Source: Scyliorhinus canicula
Lineage: Eukaryota
DNA: 64,000 bases
Assembly: GCF_902713615.1 (NCBI RefSeq)
Contig: NC_052158.1
Coordinates: 20,642,546-20,706,545, forward strand
Direction of reading: 5' to 3'
Shown piece after piece: positions 62,683-64,000 of the stretch. Position 1 is the stretch's first letter. Each line of letters begins with the position of its first letter. The translations under genes and the position numbers were made by a program. The notes below the pieces were generated by a model that was not told the DNA's origin, did no database searches, and saw only the letters and a program-made list of their open reading frames with translations.

Positions 62683-63487
62683 GTGAGTGCAGCTTAACCC
62701 ATTCACAGCTCATTTACCACAGTGAGTGTTAGTTGATGCACTGACCTGCCCATTATGGTGGTTACTTGTATCTTCGACAAGGGAACTTCAAACTAAGAAA
62801 GAATTTTAAAAAATCAGATGGGGAATATAATGAACAAAATAAACCCGAGGTAATTGAATTCAGGTATAGATCCGGCACAGCTGGTGGACATGGACACACA
62901 AACCAGGCGGCAAAGTGAGGGCGGAAATAATAATTTGAAAGTGAATTTGTGTGAAAAGAAGGATTGGGATTTACAGCATCCACAATCCCAGTGGATTTTG
63001 TCCTGTCCTCTGCTTCAGATACAGCTTTGTGATGATTCTCTCGGGTTCTGCCGATTCCCGACCTTGCCTCCAAGATGTGGAAGTGTTTTCTGATCACTCC
63101 CAGGTTCTCACCCCCAAAGCGAATCTAACCTCCCGGAAATTCCTCCTCCAGGTGAACCCTTTGAGTAAAATCAATGGTCAGAATTGAAAACTGGAATTCA
63201 TGGTCCGACCTTCGTGTGGCCGCGGCGATCCCGTCTCTGGGAACAGCTCACAATTAAACTCTGTAACTTCTGCACAGTCCGGTTGGGACTGAAATAAAAA
63301 CTGGGTTATAAAGTCAAATCAGTACAGTTCCAATACTCAGATCAGGCCTCAGCTGGAGTACAGTCAGCTTTGACCACAAGGACATAAAGTGTCTTTCCAG
63401 ATTGGTGCAGATCCTTGGTTTTATAGAGGCAAGACCAATGAGGTATTCCAAGATATGTAGTGGCTTATGGAGTTCTGATGTATTGTA

Positions 63488-63665
63488 TGAAATGAAAATC
63501 GCTTACTGTCACAAGTAGGCTAAAATGAAGTTTCTGTGAAAAGCCCCTCGTCGCCACATTCCAACACCTGTTCGGGGAGGCTGGTACGGGAATTGAACCG
63601 TGCTGCTGGCCTGCCTGGGTCTGCTTTAAAATCCAGCGATTTAGCCCAGTGTGCTCAACCAGTCC
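63488..63665 (-). mobile_element. tRNA-derived SINE, family B
   Basis: Matches the 10275-10462 and 11408-11585 copies. Confidence 0.8.
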
Positions 63666-64000
63666 CTACTTCGGTAGTACTTCGGTAGTATTAAATTTGT
63701 ATTCTTTTGGAATGTACTTTTATACATTTTATACATCAAGTATATTTTGGAGAGTGCTCCAAGGGAAGTGCATTAAAACTTGGGGCAGCAGTGACACAGT
63801 TTCAATAGGCTGAAGCCTTTAGGGCCTTTCAGCTATAATACAGCGAGGGGTTGGAAAGTGTGTCGAACCTCTCCAGGTGTGTGCCTGATATGGAATGTAC
63901 ATCGTGAATGTCACAATTTTTGAAACTGTATTGAGGCTTCCCGGGCTGGAATGTGCTTTATGCAGAAAGGTTGAATTCTATCACCTTTCCTGCGTTATGA

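Overview
Repeat-dense vertebrate genomic DNA from a cartilaginous fish. The HE1-like SINEs, DeuSINEs and CR1 tails are catshark-like; that assignment is an inference. I reconstructed three immune-type genes exon by exon from splice sites and reading phase. (1) TRIM gene A, minus strand: RING/B-box, coiled-coil and PRY-SPRY exons from 13794 to beyond position 1. Its last intron is filled by an ~8 kb G-rich, AGCT-rich tandem array with higher-order structure. (2) TRIM gene B, minus strand, 51307 to 35136: same exon architecture, but the expected 23-nt exon is only 22 nt. (3) A plus-strand single-IgV gene of CD2/SLAM/CEACAM type, head-to-head with TRIM B: leader 54519-54609, V exon 60966-61358, stalk/TM exon 61519-61713. 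It has an in-frame TGA directly before an intact transmembrane segment. The rest is a mosaic of CR1, L1 and L2 LINE fragments, tRNA-derived SINEs, solo LTRs with perfect 5-bp TSDs, a Gypsy-like 3' end, palindromic MITEs, Penelope-type ends with decayed hammerhead motifs, and minisatellites. Most long ORFs in the track are repeat artefacts. Gene models are manual predictions without expression data, and repeat family names come from recalled consensus motifs, not a database search.
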